Shown here piece by piece: positions 10,328 to 20,839 of a DNA stretch of 64,000 nt (positions within the stretch are counted from its first letter, which is position 1; each line of letters starts with the position of its first letter). Below the pieces are notes generated by a model. The model was not told the DNA's origin. It made no database searches and worked only from the letters and a program-made list of their open reading frames with translations. The position numbers were made by a program, and so were the translations under genes. The stretch comes from Candidatus Competibacteraceae bacterium (GTDB lineage: Bacteria > Bacteroidota > Bacteroidia > CAIKAF01): NCBI GenBank assembly GCA_014879445.1, contig JACSSC010000058.1:39536-103535 (forward strand), read 5' to 3'.

Positions 10328-11917
10328 CTAGTAGGAAATTAAACGATAGCTATAATTGCGAAAAACCATCATACGAACAGATTGATTATACCATCCATCA
10401 GTTATTGATTTGCGATCGAAATGAAAATGTGAATCTTCCGAAACGGATTGGTGAATACATTCACATGTTTTCTCTCCATATGCTGCCAACATTTGCATCA
10501 TGTACAGTGTAACATAATATCCTTTGAATGCATAGGTGCCGGGATCAATTTTCATTAGCTTTTGGTACTGCAATATAAAAGGTGCTGAAGCACTATCCGT
10601 ATAACTGGAAAAATTTACGGTAGGTATATGTAGATTCATATTTTCGTAATAATCGGCTTCTATGTTATTGAATTCGAGCCATTCTTCTGTTCCAACAATA
10701 CTCACATCTGTTTTCTCTGTTGCTTTATTTAGTTTGGTTAGATAGTCCTTAACTGTAATTTCACGTGAACATGGAAAAATCAGTACATTCTTTTTATCTT
10801 TTTGAATCCGCGATAAAGCGCCACCTGATTTTAATCGGGTAAAATGAAATCGTGTGGTGTCGTTACCCGACCACAATTTCAGAACTCTATGATAATGAAG
10901 ATGCAGTAAAGAATCTTTCTTTGTTCCTGGATCAACTAATATGTAATTGGCTTCGGGATATAAGGTCTTAAAATATTTCACTGTTCTGATAGCTACTTGT
11001 TCTTCATCCGGAGTAATTTTGATAAGATATGGGCGCCCGGATAAAAGAGTTGTTGCCCTTGAGAATGGTGTAACTATGGGAATTTTTCGAGATGATGCAA
11101 AATCAGCAACAAGCCCCAGGTTTGCACTATACAAAGGCCCAATAATCAAATCCATATTACCCATTTCGGGTTTAAGCAAAATATCTGTAACCTGATCCGT
11201 ATCATTTTTACTACGCGTATCATACACAAAAACTTCTATATGAATCCCATGATTACGTATAGAATCAAGTGCAACCCTTGCTCCGCCAAAAAATTCGGAA
11301 GCAATCCTGTTGTTTGATTTTCCGCTGGTAGTAAACGGAAGAAGGAATGCGATTTTGAAGGATTTTTTTTCAGTTCGATACGTTTGGCAATGATTAAATG
11401 TTTGCACAGATTTTATTTCCTGTTTATTCTCCATCATTTCCTTATTAGGACCATTATCCGGCTTTTGAGTAATCGGAAAATCCACTTTGATAGATGAAGA
11501 GGGTACTCTCAATTCTTGCCCCGATTTCAATCCGTTTTTTACAAAGGGATTTAATTCAGTCAACATCTCAACAGTCGTATTATATTTTTGAGCAATACCA
11601 TACAATGTTTCTCCATTCACTACATTATGGATAGTGGTTTGCATGGGCAAAGCAGGTTCTGTTGCTGCACTAGGTTTCGGAAATCTAAGTATCTGGTCAA
11701 TTTTGATACCATTTGCTGCCGACGGATTATAAAAATAGATAGTATCCTGATGCACATTATAGTGACGTGAAATACCATAGACCGTTTCTTTAGGTTTTAC
11801 AGAATGCAGATAAAAAGTACGGTTACCTACAATTTCTGTTTGTTGTGAAAAGGAAAGACCTGAAAGGCAAAAGATCATCACAAAAAACAGAAAAAAAGAA
11901 TGAAATAATTTGGCCAT
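10328..11917 (-). CDS. LysM-repeat protein with periplasmic binding protein type 1 (LppC-like) domain
   Basis: Signal peptide; two LysM units (HSVKPKETVYGIS, HNVVNGETLYGIA); IAFLLPF..EFFGG..YDT..DLIIGPLY; start at 11917. Confidence 0.85.
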   Translation of the reverse strand: MAKLFHSFFLFFVMIFCLSGLSFSQQTEIVGNRTFYLHSVKPKETVYGISRHYNVHQDTIYFYNPSAANGIKIDQILRFPKPSAATEPALPMQTTIHNVVNGETLYGIAQKYNTTVEMLTELNPFVKNGLKSGQELRVPSSSIKVDFPITQKPDNGPNKEMMENKQEIKSVQTFNHCQTYRTEKKSFKIAFLLPFTTSGKSNNRIASEFFGGARVALDSIRNHGIHIEVFVYDTRSKNDTDQVTDILLKPEMGNMDLIIGPLYSANLGLVADFASSRKIPIVTPFSRATTLLSGRPYLIKITPDEEQVAIRTVKYFKTLYPEANYILVDPGTKKDSLLHLHYHRVLKLWSGNDTTRFHFTRLKSGGALSRIQKDKKNVLIFPCSREITVKDYLTKLNKATEKTDVSIVGTEEWLEFNNIEADYYENMNLHIPTVNFSSYTDSASAPFILQYQKLMKIDPGTYAFKGYYVTLYMMQMLAAYGEKTCECIHQSVSEDSHFHFDRKSITDGWYNQSVRMMVFRNYSYRLISY

Positions 11918-11976
11918 GCTGGTTTTCTTAATGAATGATATAGGATATATGCAATATAAATTCATGCCAAAATTAA

Positions 11977-13500
11977 TTATTCCCATTCAATCGTAGCGGG
12001 AGGTTTGGAACTGATATCAAACACCACACGATTTACACCTTTCACTTTGTTTATAATTTCGTTGGAAACAAGCGAAAGAAACTCATGAGGCAGATGCGCC
12101 CAATCAGCCGTCATACCATCTGTAGAAGTTACAGCACGAAGACAAATGACATTTTCGTATGTTCGCTCATCTCCCATTACTCCAACAGATTGAACGGGTA
12201 AGAAAATAGTGCCTGCTTGCCAAACCTGGTGATAATAACCTTCAGATTTCAATCGGTTGATAAAAATATCGTCAGCATGCTGTAGGATAGAAACTTTTTC
12301 TAGCGTGATGTCGCCTAAGATACGGATTCCAAGCCCAGGTCCAGGGAAAGGATGACGATTGAGAAGAGAATCAGAAATCCCTAATTCAAGCCCGATTTTC
12401 CTCACCTCATCCTTAAATAACATCCTAAGTGGCTCAACAATAGATAACTTCATATGAGCCGGTAAGCCACCTACATTATGATGTGACTTAATTGTAACTG
12501 ATGGTCCCTTAACAGAAACTGACTCAATCACATCAGGGTAAATGGTTCCCTGGCCTAACCAAGTTACATCTCCCAACTTGTGCGCTTCTGTATCAAACAC
12601 TTCAATAAAGGTTTTTCCAATAATTTTTCGCTTTTTCTCAGGGTCCGATATGCCTTTTAACTCATGAAGAAATATCTGAGAGGCATCAACAGCTATGACA
12701 TGTAAGCCCAACTGGTCATAGTTTACCTGCACATCTCTAAATTCATTTTTTCGCAGAAGTCCGTTGTCAACAAAAATACAATGTAATTGACTTCCAATAG
12801 CACGACTCAGCAAAACAGCTGCCACCGTAGAGTCCACACCACCCGACAAGCCCATTACAACATGATCGGTTCCAATCTTTTCACGAAGTTGCGTTACGGT
12901 CTCTTCTATAAATGATAATGGAGTCCAATCTCCTGAACATCCGCATATGCTTAAAAAGTTTGCAATAATCTGACTTCCTTCTGTGCTATGATAAACTTCA
13001 GGATGAAACTGAATACCAAAAATTTTATCTTGAAGATGAGAGAATGCTGCAACCGGAATGGTATCTGTGGAAGCTGTAATCTGGAATGATTCAGGTACTC
13101 GAATAATCGAATCACCATGCGACATCCATACTTGACTGCCCATACCAACACCCTGCATCAATGGGCAAGAACTTAATGTTGTCAAATTGGCTCTCCCATA
13201 CTCACGATGAGTGCTGCGATGCACTTCTCCTCCTCCCTGCTGAGCAATGAGTTGTGCTCCATAACAAATCCCGAGTACAGGAACCGGCGACTCTTTCCAA
13301 TTAAATTCGGGGAATAGTGCATTTTCTTCTTTAACCGAAAAAGGACTGCCGGAAAGAATTACGCCTTTAATGCTTTCGTCAAATGTGATGTTATGTGAAA
13401 AAGGATGTATCTCACAAAACACATGATGTTCCCTTACTCTACGGGCTATCAGTTGTGTATATTGAGAGCCAAAATCTAAAATAATAATCTTCTGATGCAT
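11977..13500 (-). CDS. guaA: GMP synthase (glutamine-hydrolysing)
   Basis: [52 protein letters not shown]. Confidence 0.98.
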   Translation of the reverse strand: MHQKIIILDFGSQYTQLIARRVREHHVFCEIHPFSHNITFDESIKGVILSGSPFSVKEENALFPEFNWKESPVPVLGICYGAQLIAQQGGGEVHRSTHREYGRANLTTLSSCPLMQGVGMGSQVWMSHGDSIIRVPESFQITASTDTIPVAAFSHLQDKIFGIQFHPEVYHSTEGSQIIANFLSICGCSGDWTPLSFIEETVTQLREKIGTDHVVMGLSGGVDSTVAAVLLSRAIGSQLHCIFVDNGLLRKNEFRDVQVNYDQLGLHVIAVDASQIFLHELKGISDPEKKRKIIGKTFIEVFDTEAHKLGDVTWLGQGTIYPDVIESVSVKGPSVTIKSHHNVGGLPAHMKLSIVEPLRMLFKDEVRKIGLELGISDSLLNRHPFPGPGLGIRILGDITLEKVSILQHADDIFINRLKSEGYYHQVWQAGTIFLPVQSVGVMGDERTYENVICLRAVTSTDGMTADWAHLPHEFLSLVSNEIINKVKGVNRVVFDISSKPPATIEWE

Positions 13501-13504
13501 GGCA

Positions 13505-13512
13505 CAAACTTA
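13505..13512 (-). promoter_or_regulatory. -7 promoter element TAAGTTTG of guaA, 4 nt before ATG
   Basis: Exact TAnnTTTG match on minus strand. Confidence 0.65.
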
Positions 13513-13562
13513 GCTATTTTTTTTGGGTCATCCTATGTACTGTGCTTAGCTTTATCTGATAA

Positions 13563-15509
13563 CTAATAGGCCGTAATTAGAAATTCTGTACGACGGTTAA
13601 GTGCTCTGCCTTTTTCGGTTTTGTTGCTTGCCACAGGTTGGGTTTCTCCAAACCCTTTATATGTCATTCTTTGCTCTGCTATGCCAAGAAAACTCAAATA
13701 ATCAAAAACCGCTTTGGCACGATTGTCTGAGAGTATCAAGTTGTCGTTATCATTTCCCACATCATCGGTATGACCCTGAATCACAAATGAAATGGTAGGA
13801 TTTGTTTTGAGAAATTCAGAAAATTCATCAATAATACGTTTGGCTTTCTCTGACAATTCATAAGAGTTAGTGGCAAAATTAATATCATTCAGACGATAAG
13901 ATTGCCCAACTTTGATTTTATCTGTTACCAACTCTACTTTCTCTGGCTTTCCTGAAGCCATCTCGTCTTTGGTTATTAATTTTGATGTAAATGCTATGCC
14001 TTCTTCTTTGATTGTCATAATATGATCATCGGTAGCCGTCACAATGGCTACATATGTTCCATCATCTTGATTAATATCAATTTTTGTAACTTCATTTGTT
14101 CGGGTATTCTTGATTTCAATTTGCGATGCCATCACTTCTTCTTCCTTATTTTTTACTGTACCTTCAACATAAATAACCTCTGTAGGTCGTGCTGTTTCAT
14201 ACAGATCAAATGTATAGATATCTAATCCACCCGGACCATTGAGTTTGTCTGAAGAATAATATCCGGTTTTCCCATCCAAACTAACAAAGAAACTTACATC
14301 ATCACCCTCTGTATTTATGGGCTTTCCTATATTTTTAGGTGAACTCCATTTTCCATTACTATCTTTTTTGGAATAAAAAATATCATAACCACCTAATCCC
14401 TTATGGCCTTTTGATGAGAAATATAGTGTCTGACTGTCGGAATGTAGAAAAGGAGTAAGCTCATTATCGGATGTATTGATTTCATGCCCCATATTGATTG
14501 CTTGCCCCCATTGCCCGTTTTCCTGCTTATAACAAACATATAAATCAACACCACCTAGCCCTCCGGGACGATTGGATGCAAAAATTAAAGTTTTTCCATC
14601 ATACGAAATAGTTGGCTGAGAATCCCAACTATCTGAGTTGATTGCCGAACCTGCATTCACAAAAGGTTGCCAAAATCCATCTTTCAATTCTGATTTCCAA
14701 ATATCGCAATATTCAACTTGATTATTAGCACATATAACAAAATACATTGTGCGATTATCTGCTGTTATGGTTGCTCCGCCATTATTATATTTATAATTAA
14801 AAGGTCGTGGCATTTCCTCTCCTTTATCAAATATCCCATTCTGCAATGAACTCCGGGTAAAAATCTCAACAAAATTAACGCCACTGTCATACGCTTTATC
14901 TAATGACTTCCCAGAAACCATTGTTTTTCGAATAAAGTAAAAGTGTCGGTTATCAGGAGAAATACTAGCCAAATATTCATCTTGAGGGGTACATACATTT
15001 GGCATGGGCTGAGGATTAAATGGTACAGGTTGGGAAAACAATGCTTCGTAATCTTTAATTTCTTTGAGCAACTGTTTTGCTATACCATAATCATTATCAT
15101 CTTTGATATCGAAAGACAGAAATTTTTCAAAATATGAAATAGCCGTCTTATAGATGGAAGCATCATAGGCAATGAGTCCTAAGAAAAAATGTGTGTATGG
15201 TGAGAAATCAGGACATATATCGCGAACCGACTCTAAGCGGTCTTTCGCCATGTCTTTTTTGCCTGATTTAAAATAACTAACGCCGAGATCAAAGAGGGCT
15301 TCGTAAAAGGCATTGTCAACGGCTACTGCATCATTCAACAATTTGCGTCGTTCGGTAATATTAGATTCGTTTAGGGCTTTGTTGTATAATTTTAAGGCGG
15401 ATTTTGTAGATGTGGGTTCGCACGCGGATTTATTAATCATAAAGTCCTGAGAGAACAATAGAGAAACGCTTCCAAATAAATACAACAGTAAAGTAAACAG
15501 TAATTTCAT
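13563..15509 (-). CDS. TPR + PD40 propeller + OmpA_C peptidoglycan-binding protein (PorE-like architecture)
   Basis: FASNRPGGLGGVDLY and YFSS.GH.GLGGYDIF PD40 repeats; INFATNS..GHTDDVG..LSDNRA..GFGE.QP..NRRTEF; start at 15509. Confidence 0.88.
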   Translation of the reverse strand: MKLLFTLLLYLFGSVSLLFSQDFMINKSACEPTSTKSALKLYNKALNESNITERRKLLNDAVAVDNAFYEALFDLGVSYFKSGKKDMAKDRLESVRDICPDFSPYTHFFLGLIAYDASIYKTAISYFEKFLSFDIKDDNDYGIAKQLLKEIKDYEALFSQPVPFNPQPMPNVCTPQDEYLASISPDNRHFYFIRKTMVSGKSLDKAYDSGVNFVEIFTRSSLQNGIFDKGEEMPRPFNYKYNNGGATITADNRTMYFVICANNQVEYCDIWKSELKDGFWQPFVNAGSAINSDSWDSQPTISYDGKTLIFASNRPGGLGGVDLYVCYKQENGQWGQAINMGHEINTSDNELTPFLHSDSQTLYFSSKGHKGLGGYDIFYSKKDSNGKWSSPKNIGKPINTEGDDVSFFVSLDGKTGYYSSDKLNGPGGLDIYTFDLYETARPTEVIYVEGTVKNKEEEVMASQIEIKNTRTNEVTKIDINQDDGTYVAIVTATDDHIMTIKEEGIAFTSKLITKDEMASGKPEKVELVTDKIKVGQSYRLNDINFATNSYELSEKAKRIIDEFSEFLKTNPTISFVIQGHTDDVGNDNDNLILSDNRAKAVFDYLSFLGIAEQRMTYKGFGETQPVASNKTEKGRALNRRTEFLITAY

Positions 15510-15605
15510 GCTCTTCTTTAATTCAATCATGATAAAAAACTCTCTGAAAGTAAATTTAGTATGCAGCATGAGAAAAAGTTACGATATCAATTTAAATTCA
15601 ATGGT

Positions 15606-16631
15606 TTAAGGTAATTTATTTTCAAAACTATCAAGTGATTTCTGCCAATTCCATGCCGAAAGCAATGCATCATGTAATGCATACTTCGCCTCCCAACCCA
15701 ACATTTTCTTGGCTTTATTGGGATTGGCCCAAACCTGCTCAACATCACCGTGTCTGCGAGGCGACAATCGTACCGGTATTTTCACACCGGTTGCTTCTTC
15801 AAATGCATGAAGCAGTTCAAAAACAGAAATCCCATTCCCTGTTCCAATATTAAAGACCTCTGGCGAATGTGTCGGCGTGAAACGCAATGCGCTCAAATGA
15901 GCATGCGCCAAATCATCCACATGAATAAAATCACGAATACATGAACCATCAGGCGTATCATAATCGTTGCCAAACACAGATAAAAATGGGCGTTGACCAG
16001 CTGCCGTTTGTGTTAGATATGGAACTAAATTGTTGGGTACGCCGGTTGGCAATTCGCCTATTTGGGCAGAAGGATGAGCGCCTATCGGATTGAAATAACG
16101 AAGTATGGTTGCATGTATTTGTGGGCTAACTCGACAAACATCAGCAATCATATCTTCGCATATTTTTTTGGTATTGGCATATGGCGATTGGGGTGAACCT
16201 AATGGCTCCAACTCAGTTACCGGCAAAATCTTGGGCTGTCCGTACACCGAACAAGAAGAAGAAAAAACCAAACGAGGAATGTCATATTCATTCATCATTT
16301 GCAGTACATTAATCATCCCCATCAGGTTATTATTATAATAATCCAAGGGCTTTTCTACTGATTCATTTACTGACTTATAAGCTGCAAAATGAATGACGCC
16401 ATCAAAAGGTGCATGTTGCCGACAAAAAAGGTTGAATGAAGTATAATCACAAATATTTAATTTTGCAAAAACCGGTTTTTTACCTGTAATTATGTTGATT
16501 CCATTCAATAACTGACCATCTGAAGCTGACAAATCATCCACAATACACACATCATAACCGGCCTCAAGCAACACAACTACTGTATGTGAACCTATATAAC
16601 CTGCACCTCCTGTTACTAAAATTTTACCCAT
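15606..16631 (-). CDS. galE: UDP-glucose 4-epimerase
   Basis: LVTGGAGYIGSHT, HFAAYKSV.ESV, YANTK, LRYFNPIGAH, RDFIHV; promoter element at 16651-16658. Confidence 0.96.
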   Translation of the reverse strand: MGKILVTGGAGYIGSHTVVVLLEAGYDVCIVDDLSASDGQLLNGINIITGKKPVFAKLNICDYTSFNLFCRQHAPFDGVIHFAAYKSVNESVEKPLDYYNNNLMGMINVLQMMNEYDIPRLVFSSSCSVYGQPKILPVTELEPLGSPQSPYANTKKICEDMIADVCRVSPQIHATILRYFNPIGAHPSAQIGELPTGVPNNLVPYLTQTAAGQRPFLSVFGNDYDTPDGSCIRDFIHVDDLAHAHLSALRFTPTHSPEVFNIGTGNGISVFELLHAFEEATGVKIPVRLSPRRHGDVEQVWANPNKAKKMLGWEAKYALHDALLSAWNWQKSLDSFENKLP

Positions 16632-16688
16632 GACAGCTGATATTTCTCTGCAAAGTTAGACATTCACGATAAAACAGTTACCGTATTT

Positions 16689-16886
16689 TTAATCCTTAAT
16701 TTCTTCGTAATCTACATAATCACCATCGTTTTGATGGCTTCCCCCTGATTTTTTATGATTTGATGTTCTATTCGTATGAGGCGCTGACTTTGATTGCTGA
16801 GAAGATGAATATATTAAATTCATTATAAACCGTACAACTACATACAATCCAATAATAATAAGCAGGGTTCGAAAAACACCAATCAT
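16689..16886 (-). CDS. DUF4834-like small membrane protein
   Basis: N-terminal TM helix, polar linker, C-terminal GDYVDYEEIK; start overlaps carB stop. Confidence 0.75.
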   Translation of the reverse strand: MIGVFRTLLIIIGLYVVVRFIMNLIYSSSQQSKSAPHTNRTSNHKKSGGSHQNDGDYVDYEEIKD

Positions 16887-19696
16887 TACTTGCTGAGGTA
16901 TAAATTACGTTCGTTATAAATTTTGATAAAAAACTTATCTTTCAATGATTCTATAAAATAAATTGCTTCGCCGGTTGATTTCATTTCTGGACCTAACTCT
17001 TTATTTACGCCCGGGAATTTATTAAAAGAAAATACAGGAATTTTAATGGCATAACCCTTTAAGTTCGGATTAAACGTAAAATCAGTAAGCTTGTGAGTCC
17101 CGAGCATCAATTTTGTTGCGTAATTTACATAGGGCTCTTGATATGCCTTGGCTATAAAAGGTACTGTACGTGATGCACGTGGATTGGCTTCAATCACATA
17201 TACTTTATCGCCTTTAATAGCAAACTGTATATTAATCAGGCCTTTTACACTCATAGCTAGGGCAATGCGTTTGGAATATTCTTCCATTTGCTCTACAACC
17301 AAAGCGCCCAGGTTGTAGGGGGGCAACACAGCATACGAATCGCCGGAATGTATGCCTGCCGGTTCGATGTGTTGCATCATCCCAATAACGCGACAATCTT
17401 TCCCATCGCAAATGGAATCCGTTTCTGCTTCAATGGTTCTTTCCAAAAAATGATCTAGCAGAACTTTATTCCCCGGAAAATCGCGAAATAAATCTACAAT
17501 ATGGGCCTCTAATTCATCTTCGTTTATCACGATTTTCATTTTTTGCCCACCCAGCACATAGGATGGCCTCACCAACAATGGGAAACCAAGTTGTCGGGAA
17601 AGTAATATTGCTTCTTCAGCATTGGTTACCGTACCAAATTCGGGGTAAGGAATATCCAACTCTTTAAGAAGTGTTGAAAAACGTCCCCTGTCTTCAGCCA
17701 AATCAAGCGAATCAAAACTTGTACCCATAACTGGGATTCCGTAACGATGCAGCTTTTCTGCCAATTTCAATGCTGTTTGCCCTCCCAACTGTACAATAAC
17801 GCCTTCGGGCTTTTCGTGTTGAATTATATCATAAATATGCTCCCAGAATACGGGCTCAAAATATAATTTATCAGCCGTATTGAAATCAGTAGAAACGGTT
17901 TCGGGATTACAATTTATCATAATCGTTTCAAAACCGGCCTCCTTAGCCGCCAAAACACCATGCACGCATGAATAATCAAATTCAATCCCTTGTCCGATAC
18001 GGTTTGGACCCGATCCCAAAATAACTACCTTACGTTTGTCGGTTACTACTGATTCATTTTCTTCCTCAAATGTAGAGTAATAATAAGGTGTATAGGCCTC
18101 AAATTCAGCAGCACATGTATCCACCAATTTATAAACACGCTGAATCTTATCTTCTTTTCTTCTCGCATACACTTCACTTTCAAGACAATCTAACAGGTGT
18201 GCCAGTTGCCTGTCTCCATATCCTTTTTGTTTGGCTGTTAGCAATATTTCGCGTGGAAGGTTTTGAATGGTAAATTGTTGAATAGATTTTTCAAGTGAAA
18301 CCAATTCTGCTATTTGATTCAAAAACCAGGGGTCAATTTGAGTGGCTTTATGAATGGTCGTAAATGGTATTCCAAGCTTAAATGCGTCATATACATGGAA
18401 TAATCTGTTCCAGGAAGGATGCTCCAAGCTATGTAGAATCTCATCTCGATTTCGTAATTCACGACCATCAGCCCCCAGTCCATTTCGATTAATTTCCAAC
18501 GATTGACATGCTTTTTGCAACGCTTCTTGAAAACTTCGTCCGATACCCATTACCTCTCCCACACTTTTCATCTGTAGGCCTAATCGTCGGTCTGATCCTT
18601 TAAACTTATCAAAGTTCCAGCGAGGAATCTTCACAATTACATAATCAAGTGTCGGTTCAAATAATGCACTGGTTTTGGTAATCGGATTTTCTAATTCATC
18701 TAAATGATACCCAATGGCAAGTTTGGCTGCAATACGTGCAATCGGATAGCCGGTTGCTTTTGAGGCCAAGGCAGACGAACGACTTACTCTAGGATTAATT
18801 TCAATGGCAATGATGTCTTCTGATTCTGGATTAACGGCAAATTGCACATTGCATCCGCCTGCAAAATTGCCGATAGATCGCATCATAAGAATAGCCATAT
18901 TTCGCATACGCTGAAATACAGTATCAGGCAATGTTAGCGCAGGTGCTACTGTTATTGAATCACCTGTATGAATTCCCATGGGATCGAAGTTTTCGATAGA
19001 GCAAATGATTACAACATTATCATTTGCATCACGCAACAACTCCAACTCATATTCTTTCCACCCGAATATGGACTGTTCAATCAATACTTCATGTATGGGT
19101 GAAGCATGAAGGCCGCGATTCAGTAATTCATCAAATTCTTCCTTTTTATGTACAAATGCACCTCCCGTTCCACCTAATGTAAATGATGGCCGGATGACGA
19201 GTGGAAAACCAATTTCCTGAGCAATTTCTTTTCCTTCCAAAAACGATTGTGCTGTTTTTGATGGAGGTACGCCTACCCCAATATCTATCATCAATTGACG
19301 AAATAACTCTCTGTTTTCTGTTCGATCTATTGCATCAATATCAACGCCAATAATCCTTACTCCATACTTTTCCCAAACCCCTGCTTCTTCACATTCCTTG
19401 CAAAGATTAAGGGCTGTTTGTCCTCCCATTGTAGGCAATACTGCATCTATCTTTTTTTCTTCCAATATTCGAATGATGGAATCCATTTCAAGTGGCAACA
19501 AATACACATAATCTGCCGTCACCGGATCTGTCATGATAGTAGCTGGATTGGAATTAATCAATGTAACCTCTATGCCTTCTTCACGTAACGATCGGGATGC
19601 CTGAGAGCCGGAATAATCAAATTCGCAGGCCTGGCCAATAATGATAGGCCCACTACCAATAATCAGAACTGATGAAATGCTTTTGTCTTTTGGCAT
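16886..19696 (-). CDS. carB: Carbamoyl-phosphate synthase large subunit (short form, 936 aa)
   Basis: MPKD..GSGPIIIGQACEFDYSG, NSNPATIMTD, IEINPRVSRSS, GSGPNRIGQGIEFDY, GPEMKSTGE; start moved to ATG 19696. Confidence 0.97.
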   Translation of the reverse strand: MPKDKSISSVLIIGSGPIIIGQACEFDYSGSQASRSLREEGIEVTLINSNPATIMTDPVTADYVYLLPLEMDSIIRILEEKKIDAVLPTMGGQTALNLCKECEEAGVWEKYGVRIIGVDIDAIDRTENRELFRQLMIDIGVGVPPSKTAQSFLEGKEIAQEIGFPLVIRPSFTLGGTGGAFVHKKEEFDELLNRGLHASPIHEVLIEQSIFGWKEYELELLRDANDNVVIICSIENFDPMGIHTGDSITVAPALTLPDTVFQRMRNMAILMMRSIGNFAGGCNVQFAVNPESEDIIAIEINPRVSRSSALASKATGYPIARIAAKLAIGYHLDELENPITKTSALFEPTLDYVIVKIPRWNFDKFKGSDRRLGLQMKSVGEVMGIGRSFQEALQKACQSLEINRNGLGADGRELRNRDEILHSLEHPSWNRLFHVYDAFKLGIPFTTIHKATQIDPWFLNQIAELVSLEKSIQQFTIQNLPREILLTAKQKGYGDRQLAHLLDCLESEVYARRKEDKIQRVYKLVDTCAAEFEAYTPYYYSTFEEENESVVTDKRKVVILGSGPNRIGQGIEFDYSCVHGVLAAKEAGFETIMINCNPETVSTDFNTADKLYFEPVFWEHIYDIIQHEKPEGVIVQLGGQTALKLAEKLHRYGIPVMGTSFDSLDLAEDRGRFSTLLKELDIPYPEFGTVTNAEEAILLSRQLGFPLLVRPSYVLGGQKMKIVINEDELEAHIVDLFRDFPGNKVLLDHFLERTIEAETDSICDGKDCRVIGMMQHIEPAGIHSGDSYAVLPPYNLGALVVEQMEEYSKRIALAMSVKGLINIQFAIKGDKVYVIEANPRASRTVPFIAKAYQEPYVNYATKLMLGTHKLTDFTFNPNLKGYAIKIPVFSFNKFPGVNKELGPEMKSTGEAIYFIESLKDKFFIKIYNERNLYLSK

Positions 19697-19727
19697 GATT
19701 TTCAGTATGTTAATGTTGGCCGGACAC

Positions 19728-19751
19728 AAAAAAACCGAACCAACGGTTCGG
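19728..19751 (-). terminator. Intrinsic terminator or attenuator in the carB leader
   Basis: Minus strand CCGAACC-GTT-GGTTCGG-TTTTTTT. Confidence 0.7.
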
Positions 19752-19755
19752 GATG

Positions 19756-19763
19756 CAAAACTA
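19756..19763 (-). promoter_or_regulatory. -7 promoter element TAGTTTTG upstream of carB
   Basis: Exact TAnnTTTG match; TTTA about 21 nt upstream as an imperfect -33. Confidence 0.6.
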
Positions 19764-19818
19764 ATGATTTGCTAATGGTTATAGTAAATAGTTATAAACA
19801 ATTATTCACAGCATCCAT

Positions 19819-20718
19819 TTATTTTTTCTCATCCGGCTGCACTTCTGTCTTTCCGGTTTTAATAAAACGAAATACCGAAATCAAATCCATAGCCAATTTA
19901 GCATCATCAATAATTAGATCAAAGCGATTCAGGTAACTCTTTTGAACATTATTCTCAAAATACTTAACGGCTTTTGTATTGTTGGAGCAAACCATATTAA
20001 CGCTTAATTGATTTTTTGCTACTACAACCCTAAATGACGCCACATTAAAATCAGCCATGTAAAACTCATAAGCCATAACCTTTTGTGCCCCTTTTGAATC
20101 CGTCTCACTAATAGAATAGGTAAGCTTGTTATTATTGCTTCTGTCAATGGTTAACATCATATTGTATTGCTTCCCATTGGCAGAATAACTTCTTTTAATG
20201 TTTGCTTCAATCCAATTATAAGCATCCGCTTCAGATGATGGTGCAACTTTTTCAACCGGCGATTCCTTCATGAGGTACAGTATGGCTTCACGAGCATCCC
20301 GCATCTTTTGCATGTCATCAAAATATATTGGAAAAAACTGCGAATATGAAGATTTATTACTAGCTGTTTGTTTCACTAACCTCTGATCGCCTTTAGCAAA
20401 GGCATGAATCTTTAACTCCTTGCTGGATGTAAGCTGCATGATTTTATTTGGCTCCAGATGCTCCAAAAAAAACTCAAAAGAAACCGTATTGCTTTTTCCT
20501 TTGGCATCAGCTTTTACAATGGTGAGGATGACTTGCCCTTTTCTTCCGGTTTCAAACTGAAAAGCATGCTGATACGTCAAACCGGGCTGTGTGGCTTGCG
20601 AACATTGTGAGGATAAAAATGTGCGGGCCTGATCAACTGATGTGAATTTGGCCTGAGACATTACATTTCCAAACATGATGAAAAATATTAACATTGTTAT
20701 TGCAAGTGACTTTTTCAT
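19819..20718 (-). CDS. Secreted hypothetical protein with two tandem ~130-aa repeats
   Basis: Signal peptide ending in SQ; DAKG..SFEF / DSKG..AYEF and LVK..SY..FDD / AVK..SY..IDD repeated. Confidence 0.75.
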   Translation of the reverse strand: MKKSLAITMLIFFIMFGNVMSQAKFTSVDQARTFLSSQCSQATQPGLTYQHAFQFETGRKGQVILTIVKADAKGKSNTVSFEFFLEHLEPNKIMQLTSSKELKIHAFAKGDQRLVKQTASNKSSYSQFFPIYFDDMQKMRDAREAILYLMKESPVEKVAPSSEADAYNWIEANIKRSYSANGKQYNMMLTIDRSNNNKLTYSISETDSKGAQKVMAYEFYMADFNVASFRVVVAKNQLSVNMVCSNNTKAVKYFENNVQKSYLNRFDLIIDDAKLAMDLISVFRFIKTGKTEVQPDEKK

Positions 20719-20839
20719 AATCAATACTCAAATTATTTATTTTACAAAGAAACAAAATTAATCTGTAATCCATACTCAACACCCCTATAAATTGTATTCC
20801 AGTTGAAAAATAACTAACATTGTTGTTTGCAATTAGTGT

